Shown here: one piece after another, positions 63,301 to 64,000 of the stretch
Position numbering within the stretch: position 1 is the first letter of the stretch
Layout of the letters: the number at the start of each line of letters is the position of its first letter
NCBI RefSeq assembly: GCF_032062105.1
Contig: NW_026939674.1
Location: 248,001 to 312,000 of the forward strand
Length of the DNA stretch: 64,000 nucleotides
Reading direction: 5' to 3'
Source of the DNA: Saccostrea cucullata
Taxonomy: Eukaryota
Notes under the pieces: generated by a model
Databases searched by the model: none
What the model was told of the DNA's origin: nothing
What the model saw: only the letters and a program-made list of their open reading frames with translations
Program-made: the position numbers and the translations under genes

Positions 63301-63826
63301 CTTTGCATTTATTGGTAATTTCATTTGGAATGTGAAGTTAAACTAAATTTTCTTAATTGTAAATTGTTAGAGCATTGATTAAATGTATAACATGAGCTGC
63401 AATAATGTAGACCTCTCTTATTTTTTAAATCTGATGTTTCCTCTAACCCTCTCCCCCCCCCCCCCCAAAAAAAAAGGGGGGGGGGAGGGCTACATTATTG
63501 CAGCTAGTATTACATTTATTGAAAAACATTGTAGTGGAACAAAAAAGTTTGAAAATTGTTTATCATGTTTATTATTTTGTAATTGAATTTTTTTTAAAAT
63601 TTTAACTTCAGAGAAAGTACCAGTTATTACAAATACTTCGGATCCTGAGCTACAGAACTGGCTGAATAAGGTGGCAGCTAAGAAGGACCTGCTATATGTA
63701 GATTACATAGCTCTAGATTTGCTGGATCTGCTGGGACAATGTACTGCTGATAGCAGTCATATTCAGGAAGTGCTGGAATTGTTGAAGTACATGGTTAAAA
63801 ATTATTTTCTTCCTCACAGTGCAGAG
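60359..63826 (+). CDS. Di-N-acetylchitobiase (CTBS, GH18)-like protein, exons 1B-3; continues beyond the window
   Basis: Exons 60359-60514 (signal peptide, DCPCDPIYC..E), 63164-63314 (WPWSEITTV..QLMCTAH) and 63612-63826 (DPELQNWL..YVDYIALDLLD). These align to recalled CTBS motifs YDWSQITTV, ELMCYAH, DPAFRASW and YMDGINIDIE. Confidence 0.8.
60650..62523. mobile_element. Non-autonomous TIR element (CAGGGG ends) in the chitobiase-like intron
   Basis: TIR CAGGGGTTCAAAATT / AATTTTGAACCCCTG, ATTAAT on both flanks, subterminal AGTCC/GGACT repeats. Confidence 0.8.
60946..62140. mobile_element. Non-autonomous Crypton-like element nested in the TIR element
   Basis: Palindrome 60959-61005 vs 61034-61080 (TTTCTTACTGTATCAGAGATACAGGGCGGGGC is perfect), then ttgtgacatgacc, inverted at the far end as ggtcatgtcacaa. 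Confidence 0.65.
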
Positions 63827-64000
63827 GTAAGATTGACCGATTTTCTCATTAAGGCTTTGATCATTTTAGATTATTTCAATAGACCAGGAGCATATAATTC
63901 AGTGCTTTTAATTGTTTTAATTTTTAATACAATATGTTATGATCTTTGAAAAGTTCATTTTCCTTATCTTAAAAACTGTAAACATACTTTTTCCCTTGTG

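Overview
AT-rich eukaryotic (bivalve, most likely oyster) genomic DNA, rich in introns and transposons. There are three host genes. (1) The 5' coding exons of an unidentified minus-strand gene with an acidic, disordered N-terminus (exons 9360-9180 and 626 to beyond the left edge). (2) A complete 41-coding-exon CABIN1 orthologue (25423-48143, +). (3) The start of a di-N-acetylchitobiase (CTBS/GH18)-like gene with two candidate first exons and no catalytic Glu (59970 to beyond the right edge, +). Mobile DNA includes three miniature LTR retrotransposons whose LTRs carry a tRNA cloverleaf (Helenus/TRIMp3 type). A full-length but inactivated Kolobok transposon (THAP-DDE transposase plus a P2X7-ballast-like KolX gene) and a foldback partner share one TTAA site inside an interstitial TTAGGG tract. 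There is also a Crypton tyrosine-recombinase element with one nonsense codon, three non-autonomous Crypton-like elements, several Helentron-type elements with 166/180-bp satellite arrays, many MITEs, and a 278-bp tandem array rich in hairpins with a splice donor in every unit. All calls were made by eye; family names rest on recalled motifs, not database searches.
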